From the IMG/VR virus record IMGVR_UViG_3300015076_000001, positions 1-58,162 of that record: a stretch of DNA of 58,162 bases, one strand, 5' to 3'. The position numbers were made by a program, and so were the translations under genes. The notes below the pieces were generated by a model, which saw only the letters and a list, made by a program, of their open reading frames with translations, did not search any database and was not told the DNA's origin. Below are positions 25,436-35,013 of this stretch, in pieces. This DNA comes from a virus. Its lineage: Duplodnaviria; Caudoviricetes. Position 1 is the stretch's first letter, and each line of letters starts with the position of its first letter.

Positions 25436-25594
25436 CTAGGGGGTGGCGCTGAAGACGTGATCGCAGAGCCGCGCCATGAGGGCGTCACGCTGCAAACGCC
25501 AACCGAACTCCGCGACCACCGCGAGCTCGCGCGCCAGCCAGTAGTCGCCGTAGCTGCCGTTGACGGTGGCTACGCGGATGGTGCGGGGGCGCAT
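25436..25594 (-). CDS. Small hypothetical protein (52 aa)
   Basis: GGAGG SD + ATG, MRPRTIRVATVNGSYGDYWLARE. Confidence 0.4.
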   Translation of the reverse strand: MRPRTIRVATVNGSYGDYWLARELAVVAEFGWRLQRDALMARLCDHVFSATP

Positions 25595-25606
25595 CACGCC
25601 TCCAGA

Positions 25607-25873
25607 TCAGGCAGCGCTGACGTACTTCCGACGCGCCCGATCACGGGTCGCCCGCTCCGCCTTTGCCACGTCAATCCAGCGGTACAGGGGTCGGTTGCGA
25701 ACGTCCAACCCTGCCGGTGCGAGGTGGACCCGCTTCGGCCCGTCCACGGTGTCGACGAGGTAGCCGCGCTCGCGCCAGTTGGTGATGGCCGAGACCTTCA
25801 CCCCGGCGAGGTTCGCCGCCTCAGAGGTGGAGACGAGCGACTCAAGCAGTTCGGGTGCAAGGGAAACAGGCAA
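25607..25873 (-). CDS. MerR/excisionase-like HTH protein (late regulator candidate)
   Basis: VSTSEAANLAGVKVSAITNWRERG...RPLYRWIDV. Confidence 0.75.
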   Translation of the reverse strand: MPVSLAPELLESLVSTSEAANLAGVKVSAITNWRERGYLVDTVDGPKRVHLAPAGLDVRNRPLYRWIDVAKAERATRDRARRKYVSAA

Positions 25874-25890
25874 CGGTCCTCCGAACGCGA

Positions 25891-25922
25891 CGAACCCCCC
25901 ACGTTGGGACGCAGGGGGTTCG
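25891..25922. terminator. Stem-loop downstream of rsr
   Basis: CGAACCCCC...GGGGGTTCG inverted repeat. Confidence 0.5.
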
Positions 25923-26015
25923 GGGTGCTGGCAAAGACTTGTGTGGCGCTGACAGCATGATCACGTGTGAACTCGCAGATGTCAAGCTAGGGGTTGCGGC
26001 GTGTCGTCAGGTGCG

Positions 26016-27590
26016 CTATGCGGTCGCGTGCCGCACCCACGGCCAGTCGCCGTTGCGGCCGGACTCCAGGAGGGGAACGAGGCGGAAGGCCGCATCGGTG
26101 AGGCCGCCGAAGGTGTGTCGCTGCCCCATGCCGGACGGGCCGTGGCCGAGTCGGTAACCCCCAAGATTCCAGGTGTAGACGGGGATGTGCGCCGGGACTG
26201 AACCGGCCACGTCGCCGGTCGCGGTCTGCTCATCAGTGATGATCAGGATCCGGTCATGCCCGGCGTAATGGCTCCGGACCGCGCCCGCTGTGTCGGTGTA
26301 GGAGATCGGATCCCCGAGCCCGTCAACGAACCGCAGCAGCGCCCCACCCTTCGGTACGGCGACCTCCCGCGACTCGCCGCCATAGATGGCCACGGTCGCC
26401 GCTGAGGCGCGTAGGGCGAGCGCGCACCCGAACACCGCGGCCTGGTCTGCCCGCGACATTCCCGACGCCGTGAGGCCGCCGTGGCCGTACCCGGGGAACA
26501 TCGACGGGGACCTGTCGATCAGGACGAGCGTCCGACCCGTCAGCGCGGGGACGTTGGCCAGCGAGGCGGCGAGCGCCTTCTCCAACGGGTGGCCCCACCG
26601 CAGCGACTGGGTTGCCCGGTAGGCGGAGAGGAAGCGGAACGGGAACTGCCGTGAGCGCGCCACCTGCTCCGGGTCGGACAGACGCGCGGCCACCTTCTCC
26701 GCTACGTCGTCAGACACTCCGGCCTCGTCGAAGTTGCGCAGGTTGCGGAGAAGCGCCATGTAGCCCATCGACGGGATCACCGCGGCCCATGCCTGCGCGT
26801 CCATCGGTCCCTGGAGCCACCCTGCCAGCGCCTCCCACGTCATCCCGGCAGCCTTCAATCCGTCCGGGTCGGAAAGCGCTGCACGCCGCTCCGAGACGGG
26901 CAGCGCCATGAGGTCAGCGCGGGCCCGGAGCATGGCCAGTGTCTCCGGGATGGGGTTGTCGCGGCCGTGGCGGCGGTCCAGGGCGTGCGCGAACAGGTCA
27001 CCCCGCCACGTCTCCGTCGCCTCCGGGTGAGTCAGGTCCAGGACGTCGCTGAAGCGGTAACCCTTCCCCGCCGCGTCGTACTTGAGCAGGGATCGCTCGT
27101 CGTACAACCGGACCACAGCGTCGGCAACGCCACGCTTCACGGGCTTGGGAATGGCCCGTCCGTACTGCGACGTCCAGTAGGCGAGCATCTCGCCCGGCTC
27201 GTCGGCCCGCTGCAAGACGGACGCGATTACCTGCCGCGCTCCGGGGCGCTTGTCTGCGAGGGCCTGCCGCGCGAACTCGGCCGCTCCGACCAGTGATGCG
27301 GAGCGCATGTTGCCGTCGGAGCGCAGCCAGCGCAGGAAGGCCGCCGTCCAGTCCGGGTGCGCCGACGTGGCGGTGCGGACAAGCGCGACGAAGCGAGCGT
27401 CACGATCCCCCGCGGCTTCGTGGAACGTCTTCTCGGCGACCATGTTGGAGACGGCCAGCAGGAACAGCTCAGACCGCACATCGCGTGCGTGACCGGGTCC
27501 GCCGTAGGCGTTTACCCCGGAAGCCTGCGCCTCGGTGACGACCGGGCTGGATACCGCGGGGCGCGTGGTGACGGTGTTGAACTTGGACAA
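26016..27590 (-). CDS. rsr: Ro60/Rsr TROVE-domain RNA-binding protein with vWA domain
   Basis: GAGGAG SD + TTG (MSKFNT); LRSDGNMRS, TWEAL, MGYMALLRNLRNF, SRQFPFRFLSAY; MIDAS-like DRSPSM, ITDEQ. Confidence 0.95.
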   Translation of the reverse strand: MSKFNTVTTRPAVSSPVVTEAQASGVNAYGGPGHARDVRSELFLLAVSNMVAEKTFHEAAGDRDARFVALVRTATSAHPDWTAAFLRWLRSDGNMRSASLVGAAEFARQALADKRPGARQVIASVLQRADEPGEMLAYWTSQYGRAIPKPVKRGVADAVVRLYDERSLLKYDAAGKGYRFSDVLDLTHPEATETWRGDLFAHALDRRHGRDNPIPETLAMLRARADLMALPVSERRAALSDPDGLKAAGMTWEALAGWLQGPMDAQAWAAVIPSMGYMALLRNLRNFDEAGVSDDVAEKVAARLSDPEQVARSRQFPFRFLSAYRATQSLRWGHPLEKALAASLANVPALTGRTLVLIDRSPSMFPGYGHGGLTASGMSRADQAAVFGCALALRASAATVAIYGGESREVAVPKGGALLRFVDGLGDPISYTDTAGAVRSHYAGHDRILIITDEQTATGDVAGSVPAHIPVYTWNLGGYRLGHGPSGMGQRHTFGGLTDAAFRLVPLLESGRNGDWPWVRHATA

Positions 27591-27628
27591 GCTCCTCAAC
27601 CCTCCGTGGAGGGGAGACACAACTCCAT

Positions 27629-27775
27629 GAGTGAGCCCCGAGATCGAGACGGCGACGGACACGTACGCGCTCTGCCAACTGAGCTACCTGCCGACGAGTC
27701 GACAGACCTGGACTCGAACCAGGGACCTCGTCCTCCAAATGGAAGTAACCGTTACCTGCGCACCGGGGCTCACTC
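27629..27775 (-). ncRNA. yrlA: YrlA-type Y RNA (tRNA-mimic)
   Basis: 12-bp terminal stem; CCCGGUGCGCAG/GAUCUCGGG bulged helix; T-arm CCUGG UUCGAGU CCAGG precedes a closed acceptor-like stem and D-arm UAGCUCAGUUGGCAGAGC (permuted order); adjacent to rsr. Confidence 0.9.
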
Positions 27776-27785
27776 TGAAGTTATG

Positions 27786-27857
27786 GCTCCCGAGATCAGG
27801 ACGTTCTGCGGCGTTATTCATGCGAAGAAGTAGCCGCGGAACTGCGCACCGGGAGTG
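27786..27857 (-). ncRNA. Second, short Y RNA lacking the tRNA-like domain
   Basis: Same CCCGGUGCGCAG...UACUUC...GAUCUCGGG elements as YrlA, closed by a simple hairpin. Confidence 0.8.
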
Positions 27858-27864
27858 CGGTATG

Positions 27865-27870
27865 AACCTA
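27865..27870 (-). promoter_or_regulatory. Putative -10 element (TAGGTT) for the Y RNA-rsr transcript
   Basis: TANNNT about 8 nt upstream of the short Y RNA 5' stem. Confidence 0.5.
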
Positions 27871-27883
27871 GCAGAAGAGGTCT

Positions 27884-28570
27884 CTAGCTCGCTTCCGCGT
27901 TGTCGTCCGCGTCCTCGTTCAGCGCGTCGCCGAGTAGGTCGTCGAGGATCATCCGTGTCCACAGCCCGTAGTGCTCGGCGTGGATGACGTGCCCGCAGGC
28001 CCGGCACTCCACCTCATCCGTGCCGTCCGATTCGAGGGAGCGGACGAGGGTGAGGAGCTCACACTGCGGGCACGGGGTCGGCAGATGCCGTTGCGGGTCC
28101 GTCTTCCCGAGTCCGCGGCGTACGTCTCGGTCCAGGTCGTACAGGGTTTCGGCGACGTCCCCTGCACCCGGCATGGAGCACAGGCGATCGAACCACGACA
28201 CGAGGTAGTGGTGGCTGACGACGACACGTCGGACCTCGATGTGGCCTTGCCATGGCGGCCCGTCGTGTCCGAGGTGCTCGGCGAGGTTGTCGTGGGCTTC
28301 TGACAACTGGTCGGCGATGGCCCGTGCTGCGTCCGAGGCCCACTCGCGGGGGTGGCCGTAGACCTTCGTCTGGACCCGCATCAGTTTCTCCGCTGGGGGG
28401 GCTGCGGGGGCGGGGAGGTCGCGGCGGATGAGTACCCAGTGCAAGGCGAGCCGGTCGATGATGGTGGCGTAGTGGCGCCTGGACGGCAGGCAGATCACGT
28501 CGCGGGTGAGACGCGGGTTGCCGTCGACGTCGCGGCAGCCCGGGTACTGGCAAGGTCCAATATTCGACAC
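27884..28570 (-). CDS. Zinc-ribbon protein, late-gene regulator candidate
   Basis: C-terminal PCPQC...VECRACG; N-terminal CQYPGC; at the early/late boundary. Confidence 0.65.
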   Translation of the reverse strand: MSNIGPCQYPGCRDVDGNPRLTRDVICLPSRRHYATIIDRLALHWVLIRRDLPAPAAPPAEKLMRVQTKVYGHPREWASDAARAIADQLSEAHDNLAEHLGHDGPPWQGHIEVRRVVVSHHYLVSWFDRLCSMPGAGDVAETLYDLDRDVRRGLGKTDPQRHLPTPCPQCELLTLVRSLESDGTDEVECRACGHVIHAEHYGLWTRMILDDLLGDALNEDADDNAEAS

Positions 28571-28688
28571 GGGCGCGCCTTCCTGGCAGTCCAGTACGGT
28601 GATCGCGCCCACGTGATCGGCTCCCCTTCAGGCAGCAAACATGTGGAGGGCGCCGCCCGACCGTTGCGGGATCGGGCGGCGCCGTAGG

Positions 28689-29384
28689 TCAACTCACATC
28701 TTTGAACGTCCTGCCCGTGTTGATGTTCGACACGGAGGTCTCAGACACTCCGAACCGTTCAGCGATCACTTTCTGTGGGTGGCCTTCCGCCAGCAGGCGC
28801 TTGATCTCGGCAGCCTCGTGGCGCCTGAGGAAACCCCGCGGCCGGTAGCGCTTCTGGGGTCGACGGTTGTTTGCCTGGAGCACCGCGTCCGCCCAGCGGC
28901 AGTTACCCGGCTCGTAGTTGCCGTTGACGTCTATGCGGTCGAGAGAAGTTCCTGGAGGCCGGGGCCCCATGTCCTCAAGGAACGCCAGGTAGTCGTCCCA
29001 TCGGGCACACATCGTGATCCCGCGACCGACGTAGCAGTCACTCTCCCGTCGGTTCGGGTTAGAGCACCTCGTTTTCATCGAGGTCCAACTGGCGTAGGTC
29101 GGGTCGGCGTACCTCGGGTTGTCAGACTTCGGCCAACGCAGGGCATGGCAGCCGCAACCCTTCGTGAGACCGCTCACCAGAGTCTTGCCGATGATCTCCT
29201 TTTCGTTGCCACAGGCGCATCGGCACAACCAGTAGGTGCGCCCCTTGCGAGACGGCGCGCGCCGCAGGACGACGAGGTTGCCGAACGTCTGACCGGAGAG
29301 TTCAAGCCTTGCGCGATTTACGACGCGCACCTCGCCGTCATGCGGGTGGTCGGGCGACTCGAATTCGCTGGTAGTCATGGTCAT
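28689..29384 (-). CDS. HNH homing-endonuclease-like protein with C-terminal HTH
   Basis: LSGQTFGNL..WLCRCACG; SWTSMKTRC, GRGI, SLDRIDVNGNYEPGNCRWA; IAERFGVSETSVSNI. Confidence 0.85.
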   Translation of the reverse strand: MTMTTSEFESPDHPHDGEVRVVNRARLELSGQTFGNLVVLRRAPSRKGRTYWLCRCACGNEKEIIGKTLVSGLTKGCGCHALRWPKSDNPRYADPTYASWTSMKTRCSNPNRRESDCYVGRGITMCARWDDYLAFLEDMGPRPPGTSLDRIDVNGNYEPGNCRWADAVLQANNRRPQKRYRPRGFLRRHEAAEIKRLLAEGHPQKVIAERFGVSETSVSNINTGRTFKDVS

Positions 29385-29387
29385 GAT

Positions 29388-29430
29388 CGTACAGTACCCC
29401 CTGTACGTTATGCACGGGGGGCTATACAGT
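29388..29430. promoter_or_regulatory. Divergent leaderless promoters with palindromic operator
   Basis: TACTGT (minus) and TACAGT (plus) each 6 nt before an ATG; inverted repeat CGTACAG-N6-CTGTACG. Confidence 0.6.
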
Positions 29431-29436
29431 CGCCAC

Positions 29437-29649
29437 ATGCGAACGCCCGACACCATCCGCAAGATTGCCGATCCAGTCAAGCGAGTCGCTGCCGCCTCGG
29501 CTGCGGTTGGAGAGACGCAGCGACTCGCGGCCGAGTACGCCGCCATCACCCGCGAAACCGTGCGGGAGATGCGACAGACCATGACCTACGGCGATGTAGC
29601 GAAAGCCCTCGGCGTGTCGAGGACGCGCGTGCAGCAGCTCGAACGATGA
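29437..29649 (+). CDS. Small HTH regulator
   Basis: MTYGDVAKALGVSRTRVQQL. Confidence 0.8.
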   Translation: MRTPDTIRKIADPVKRVAAASAAVGETQRLAAEYAAITRETVREMRQTMTYGDVAKALGVSRTRVQQLER

Positions 29650-29833
29650 CCCGACAGCTGCCTATCGAGCCGCTGCCGAGGGGGGTCGTGTCGTACATGC
29701 GTGCGCCTCCGGGCATGTGGCAGGATGATCACTGCGTTCCCCGGTACTCCGTCGCAAGAGTTCGGTTGCCGCGCTCGGGTGGCCCGTCTCTCATCCCCGT
29801 CACGAAGAGAGAGAGGTGGGCCACCCGGTCAGG

Positions 29834-30379
29834 TCAAACAGCGTTGGACCACAGCCATTGCAGCGAGGCATCCACCCAGCGGGCGTCGTCGAGGGCGTTG
29901 TGCTGGCCCGACTCCTGCGGCGGCACCTCGGTAGCCAAACGCGTGATCTCCTGCTGTAGGTCGCGGGTGAACATGGGGATGCCGTCGGGAAGGTCGATCA
30001 TGCGACCCCAAAGCTGGCAGAGCACCACGTGGTCGTAGGCGCCGTAGTAGGCCCACAGTTCCGGCTTGGACGATCCGGCCAACAGGAAGTCGCGCACCTC
30101 GTTGGCGATCCGGTCGCGACGCTTCATGTGTGGGTGGTGCCAGTCGATCAACCCGAGAGGGCCGCGGCGGGCGTAGTGCAGCCGGGCGTCGCCGTGGAGT
30201 TTCGGCAACGACGGCACCACGTTCGCGACCAGCCACTCGTGCTTCTTGATCCGCCGCCACGGGGCTTCGCGGTTCACGGCGTAGTACTCGCGGCCGTCGT
30301 CAGCGACGATGCCGATCGAGATCAGGGCGATGGTCGAACCGTCCTCGAGGAATTCCGTGTCGTACGCATAGACGGTCAC
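29834..30379 (-). CDS. DEDDh 3'-5' exonuclease (RNase AS/Rv2179c-like)
   Basis: YDTEFLEDG, LISIGIV, WAYYGAYDHV, HNALDDARW. Confidence 0.88.
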   Translation of the reverse strand: MTVYAYDTEFLEDGSTIALISIGIVADDGREYYAVNREAPWRRIKKHEWLVANVVPSLPKLHGDARLHYARRGPLGLIDWHHPHMKRRDRIANEVRDFLLAGSSKPELWAYYGAYDHVVLCQLWGRMIDLPDGIPMFTRDLQQEITRLATEVPPQESGQHNALDDARWVDASLQWLWSNAV

Positions 30380-30585
30380 GCGGTCACCGGTTCTTTCGTG
30401 GGAAGTAGCTGCGGAAATCGGGGCATGCGGAACACCTCCACGCTCGGCAGGCAGTGCACCGCCCAGCCGACGTACATCCCGTACGGGATCATGATCGGGG
30501 CGGCGTACAGCGGTGTCAGGGCCCAACTCATCCATGCCGTGAGCGGTGCGACGAGGGCCACGACGAGCAGCACGCGGGCGGTCAC
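30376..30585 (-). CDS. Small two-TM membrane protein
   Basis: Hydrophobic 69 aa, coupled. Confidence 0.5.
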   Translation of the reverse strand: MTARVLLVVALVAPLTAWMSWALTPLYAAPIMIPYGMYVGWAVHCLPSVEVFRMPRFPQLLPTKEPVTA

Positions 30586-30746
30586 TGAGGCCTCGGTTCG
30601 GTCAGGCCCAGCATCTGGAGTAGCTCAATCAATTCGTCCCCGTCGCGGGCGTGGTCGGCGCAGACGAGCATCGCCTTGGCCTGCTCGTCGCTGCGATCCC
30701 CGCGGTCCGCTCGGTAGTGGATGGGGTCACGGTCCTTGCCGTTCAC
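30582..30746 (-). CDS. Hypothetical protein
   Basis: Ends ELLQMLGL; 4-nt overlaps. Confidence 0.5.
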   Translation of the reverse strand: MNGKDRDPIHYRADRGDRSDEQAKAMLVCADHARDGDELIELLQMLGLTEPRPQ

Positions 30747-31237
30747 GAAGCCACCGGTTCGCCGTAGCCAGCCGCGCGGAGCAGTGGTGCGACGTCGCCG
30801 ACTTCCATGCGCACCGGCGATGGGCTGTTGTTCGCCAAAGCCAGCACTGCGGCATGGCCGAAGGGTGGGATGACCAGCTGCGTCAGTTGTCCGAGGTCGA
30901 GCCAGCACCACCACCGCTCAGGACCGGCGTGGCCGCGGCGTTTGTGCACGATCAGCCGGACGTCGGCGCCGCAGTCCATCGCATCGAGCTCGTCGAACCA
31001 CTTCCCGATCTGCTCCACGGCGCAGTCCTTCACCGACCACAGGATGAGCGGGGTGCCGGTGATGTCGCCTGGATCGGGACTGCTGCGGTCGGACGCCTGG
31101 AAGCCGGTACGGACCGCGCGCTCTGCGTGCGGGAAGCCGTTGGAGCGGAGCCAGCGGCAGAGATCCCTCTCTGCCTGAATGCCTCGGTTGCGGTTCGCGC
31201 GGCCGCGCTGGCTGGGTGTCTTCGCTGCTGCGGTCAT
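30743..31237 (-). CDS. Holliday junction resolvase-like nuclease
   Basis: NRGIQAERDLCRWL..GFPHAER..DPGDITGTP..WSVK..LIVHKRRG. Confidence 0.75.
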   Translation of the reverse strand: MTAAAKTPSQRGRANRNRGIQAERDLCRWLRSNGFPHAERAVRTGFQASDRSSPDPGDITGTPLILWSVKDCAVEQIGKWFDELDAMDCGADVRLIVHKRRGHAGPERWWCWLDLGQLTQLVIPPFGHAAVLALANNSPSPVRMEVGDVAPLLRAAGYGEPVAS

Positions 31238-31437
31238 TCGGCGCCTCCGGTCTGCAACGGGATGATCTTCTCGACGAACCAGGCCTCGTCGCGGGCGGGA
31301 TCCCAGCCGTCGCCGTGGCAGCGGGTGCAGGTCTCCCGGTGCACGCTCGACCACCAGCCACCGCGGCCTCCGCAGAGCAGGCATTGGCCGGGCTGCGGCT
31401 CCCATTGGCCGGTTCCCCACGGCTTCATGGCGTCCAC
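31234..31437 (-). CDS. Small CxxCxGxG zinc-finger protein
   Basis: CLLCGGRG...CTRCHGDG. Confidence 0.5.
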   Translation of the reverse strand: MDAMKPWGTGQWEPQPGQCLLCGGRGGWWSSVHRETCTRCHGDGWDPARDEAWFVEKIIPLQTGGAE

Positions 31438-31513
31438 TCCTTCCCGGCGACGGCACCGGATTGCCGTCTGAGCGCCACGGTGGCGGGTGTAGACGTCTCA
31501 ACGGTGGGTCGGT

Positions 31514-34190
31514 TCACCCCTGCCCACCGCCGACCGTCTCAGCGGCCAGTCGTGCCAGCACCTCGGGCTGCTCCAGCAGAGCCCACACCGCGCACGACGC
31601 AGCCTCCTCCGCGGTCGCGTTCGGATGGTCGAGATGGCGCAGAGCGTCAGCGACAGCCTCGACAGCCACCGCATGGGCGTTGGATGTCGGCACCGCGCAC
31701 GAGTACGGGTGAACGGCGTCAGGGACGGTGGTGCAGTACATGCACCATCCCTCTACTGTCAGCGCCTCGCCACAACAACTGGAGCGCTTCCGGGGCCGGT
31801 GATCAACGGGAGCATGTGCGGCGTGTTCCGCCCCCGGGGCCACGACTAGGGCGGCAGCGGCCTGACCCCATACCGGTCGGGACTCGTCAAGGAACTGTTC
31901 GGCCCACAGGCGTGCGACCGGCGCCAGGCTCCATCCGGGCAGATCGAACACCTTGGCCACCCGGACCATCGCGGCGGAAGCCTGCTGCCTCAGGTCGGCG
32001 GATGGGTCGCGCGGCGGGTTCACTGCTCATCCCGAGCGTTGTTGATCATCAGGTCTGCGCAGTACCCGCAGACCCGGGCGGCAGGACCGACATGACAGGG
32101 GTTCATTACGCTCCTCCGCACTGCTCGCAATGCCCGGTCTTCCCGTGCGGACACGTCGCGGTCATGACGCCACCTCGGCGACCGGTTCCCACCAGTCGCA
32201 TGCGCACTGGCCGCGGCCTTGCGGGGTGACGACTTCGGCCCAGCACTCCCCCGCGTCATGATCGTCCGCGGGATGAGTGCACCAACAGATCTCATCCATG
32301 CGGGTTCTCCTCGTCAGTGTTGAGCTCGGCCTCCATGCGCATCGCCAACAGGTCGAGATCGATGCCGACGCTGGGGTTGCGCAGTGGCCGCGCCCACGAC
32401 ATCGGATGACCACGATCGGGATGGGCGTGCTCGGCGAGGAACCGCTCCCGCTCCGCATGCCGACCGGACTCCGGTTCCGGCACCTCACCGAAGCGGGGGA
32501 TGGGCAGCGATACGACCTCGGTGTGACCGCAGACGCAGCACTCCAGGCCGATCCTTGCGCGGCCGAGTACGCGGGTGGAGTTCCAGAACGGCCACCAGTT
32601 GTCGTGGGTGCGGCCGTAGGTGTAGATCACCCACGGCTGGGAGGTCTCGGCGGTCTCTTTCCAAGCGCTGCTCATGCGGCTTCCTTGGCTTCGGGGGTGC
32701 AGGGGATCGGATCAGTGAGATGCCAGCGCTGCCGGGCGGTCGCCCACCACGTGACGTCAGGGGTGCTGTCAGACCAGAGGACCGGCCGGAAAAAGCACTG
32801 GGTGCAGGTGGCCCTGCCCGGCGCTGGGTTCCGCACGCCGCACCCGAGCACAAACCGCTGGGGTGCGGCGTGCGGGCTTGGACGTCGGCGGGGGTGAGAG
32901 ACCTCATGACGCCACCCCTGGCGCATCGGCTAGCGCGTCCAGGTAGGCCAGGCAGCGCTGCGCGTCCGGCGCCGTGCGGAAGTAGGCGAGCACGTGCATC
33001 ACCGCTCCCCCGCCCGGAGGGCGTTCGACGGTGTAGAGGCAGATGGACTTGCGGCCGGGGAGGTTGCCGACGTGGATGTCGCCGTGTCGGGTGGACCAGC
33101 CGTGCCAGTCGGGCGCGCTCACCAGCCTTCGCCCTTCTCCCAGCCGTACAGCCCACACTTGCGGCACAGCTTGTTTTTCCATCCGGCGCGGGGTTGCAGA
33201 CGTCGGCTTGCCTCCGCTGCCGCGTCCCCATATCCGGATGGGAGCGGGTGGTCGTGAAGCGGGCTCGGGCATTCCGTGCCGCGCGGGCCGGGTGTGTCGT
33301 CGCCGCCGCAGATGAAGATCACGCCGCTCATGCCGCACCGCCGGGCTGCTCACGCCTAGCAGCAAGATCAGCGGCCACGTCCGGGAGGAGATCGCCCAAC
33401 CGCTCCGGGTCGCGCGCGTCCAACCGGTAAGAGCCGTCCACCCAGCCCGCGAACGCGAACGCGTCCTTGCAGAGAGCGCAGTGGGTGCGGCCGGGGACGA
33501 TGAGCAGGAGAGGCTGGCCGCACTTAGCGCATGTCTGAGCGGCGTCGGGGGCGGTCATCGCGTCCTGCCCTGCGAGAGGTTCATGCAGCGGATGCACAGG
33601 GGCATACGCCGCGCCTTATCGATCTCGGTCTGGTTGCCGGTGCCCAGCCATGACTCGCCCCACTTCAGCTCGCGGCCACACAGGGCGTCGGGGTACGCGG
33701 GCCGGTTGATCCACGGCAGGACATGCGTGACACCGCCGCGCCGCAGGTAGACGAAATCAGCCCATGCAGCGATCCGGATCCGGTTGCCGTCGGCCGGGTG
33801 GACAGGGGTGGTCATGCTGCGTCTCCAAGATCGAATCGGGGGCTCATGCGGCACCGCCGGGCTGCTCACGCTTCGCAGCAGCCACGTCGGTCACGCCGCA
33901 CCGTCGATCGCGAGGTCGTCAGTCCAAGCCAGCAGGTCTGACACGGGCCGGTCCACAGGCACCATCGCGGCGAGGGCGGCCACAGCGGCGACGAGGCGGG
34001 GCAGGTCGTCCTGCGCGCGGAGTGCGACGTCGCCGAACACGAGCTCGGGGTCGTGGCTGCGGACGTCGACAGCGATCTCGACGGCGTCTTTGACGGCTTG
34101 TGCGGCGACCCAGCGGGTTTGGTTGGCGGCCCAGCGTGGGGCGGCTGCGCGCACGGTGTCGGCGTGGTCGCAGAGGTGGGTGCTCTTCAC
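31514..34190 (-). other. Run of small coupled hypothetical genes (31514-32023, 32162-32299, 32292-32675, 32672-32926, 32904-33122, 33119-33331, 33328-33558, 33555-33815, 33891-34190)
   Basis: Mostly overlapping start/stop codons, many Cys pairs; no recognised family. Confidence 0.55.
33326..33871. repeat. 30-bp direct repeat (33326-33355 and 33842-33871, 29/30 identical)
   Basis: GCTCATGC(C/G)GCACCGCCGGGCTGCTCACGC; both copies encode the gene end REQPGGAA-stop. Confidence 0.85.
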
Positions 34191-34357
34191 GCCGCACCCC
34201 GCAGCTCGACAAGCGCTTCGACACGGGCGGGGTGGCAGCCTGACATCACGAGGCGGCGGCCGGATGAGGGGACGACACAGGCTGCGCCGATCTGCGCCTT
34301 GCAGTGTGGGCAGCGGACGGCGTTGCGGGCTTGGCGGGCGGTGGCGGGGTCGTTCAC
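34187..34357 (-). CDS. Small zinc-finger protein (56 aa, not in ORF track)
   Basis: CPHCKAQIGAAC...HPAR, same motif as the C-terminus of the upstream gene. Confidence 0.6.
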   Translation of the reverse strand: MNDPATARQARNAVRCPHCKAQIGAACVVPSSGRRLVMSGCHPARVEALVELRGAA

Positions 34358-35013
34358 GATGCTTCCTCGGTGGCTGCGTGGCCCAGACGGGCCGGGTGTG
34401 GCTTGGAGATCCGGACACGCCCGCCCGCGCTGGAGCGGGTGCAGGGCTCGCCGGGACGGGCGGAGCAGTACGGGCAGGGCAGGGCGAAGGCGGAGCTACG
34501 GGCCTGCATCCCGTCGGCGGTCGGGGGTTGCCCGTTGACGTCGGCGGCGGAAGGGATGGCCTGGAAGGCGCCCGCGGTGAGCTCTGCGATGCGGCGCTGC
34601 CCGAGTTGGTTCGGGGGTGGCCCGGGCGGGAGCTGCGCGGGCGGCTCCTCCCCCGTCGCAGCCCACGCGTCGACGAGCGCGGCGACATGCCGGTCACGCT
34701 GGGACCGCAGCCACGCCGGGTACTCGGCATCCGAGACGTGCTCCGGGATGCGCGGCAGGTCAGCCTCGAACGTTTCGGCCGCCCGCTTGCGGATAGCCCG
34801 GATGCGGTCGGTGATCGCGGGGGCTTCGAGGCGGGGCCGGTCTGAGCCCTGGCCGTAGTGCTCCCGCGCCACACGGAACGCCGCATCCCACGTCCAGCCG
34901 AAATCGTTGGCCACGACGAGCCACGCGTCGACGTCGTTGCTGTCGCCCTTGCGCTTGTCGTGCAGCGCGCAGAAACCGAGCAGATCAGCCACCTGGTCGA
35001 AGGTCATGCTCAT
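34354..35013 (-). CDS. Replication accessory protein (helicase loader/inhibitor-like) with C-terminal zinc finger
   Basis: Follows the initiator; DxRK..DVDAW..HY N-domain; CPYCSARPGEPC...HPAR. Confidence 0.6.
   Translation of the reverse strand: MSMTFDQVADLLGFCALHDKRKGDSNDVDAWLVVANDFGWTWDAAFRVAREHYGQGSDRPRLEAPAITDRIRAIRKRAAETFEADLPRIPEHVSDAEYPAWLRSQRDRHVAALVDAWAATGEEPPAQLPPGPPPNQLGQRRIAELTAGAFQAIPSAADVNGQPPTADGMQARSSAFALPCPYCSARPGEPCTRSSAGGRVRISKPHPARLGHAATEEAS

Noticed and set aside
27591-27662. Longer N-terminus for rsr (track start 27662)
   Set aside because: Overlaps the Y RNA; the SD supports TTG at 27590
27665-27725. tRNA gene
   Set aside because: The T-arm precedes the D-arm, the acceptor-like stem is closed by a loop, and there is no anticodon arm or CCA end; this is YrlA geometry
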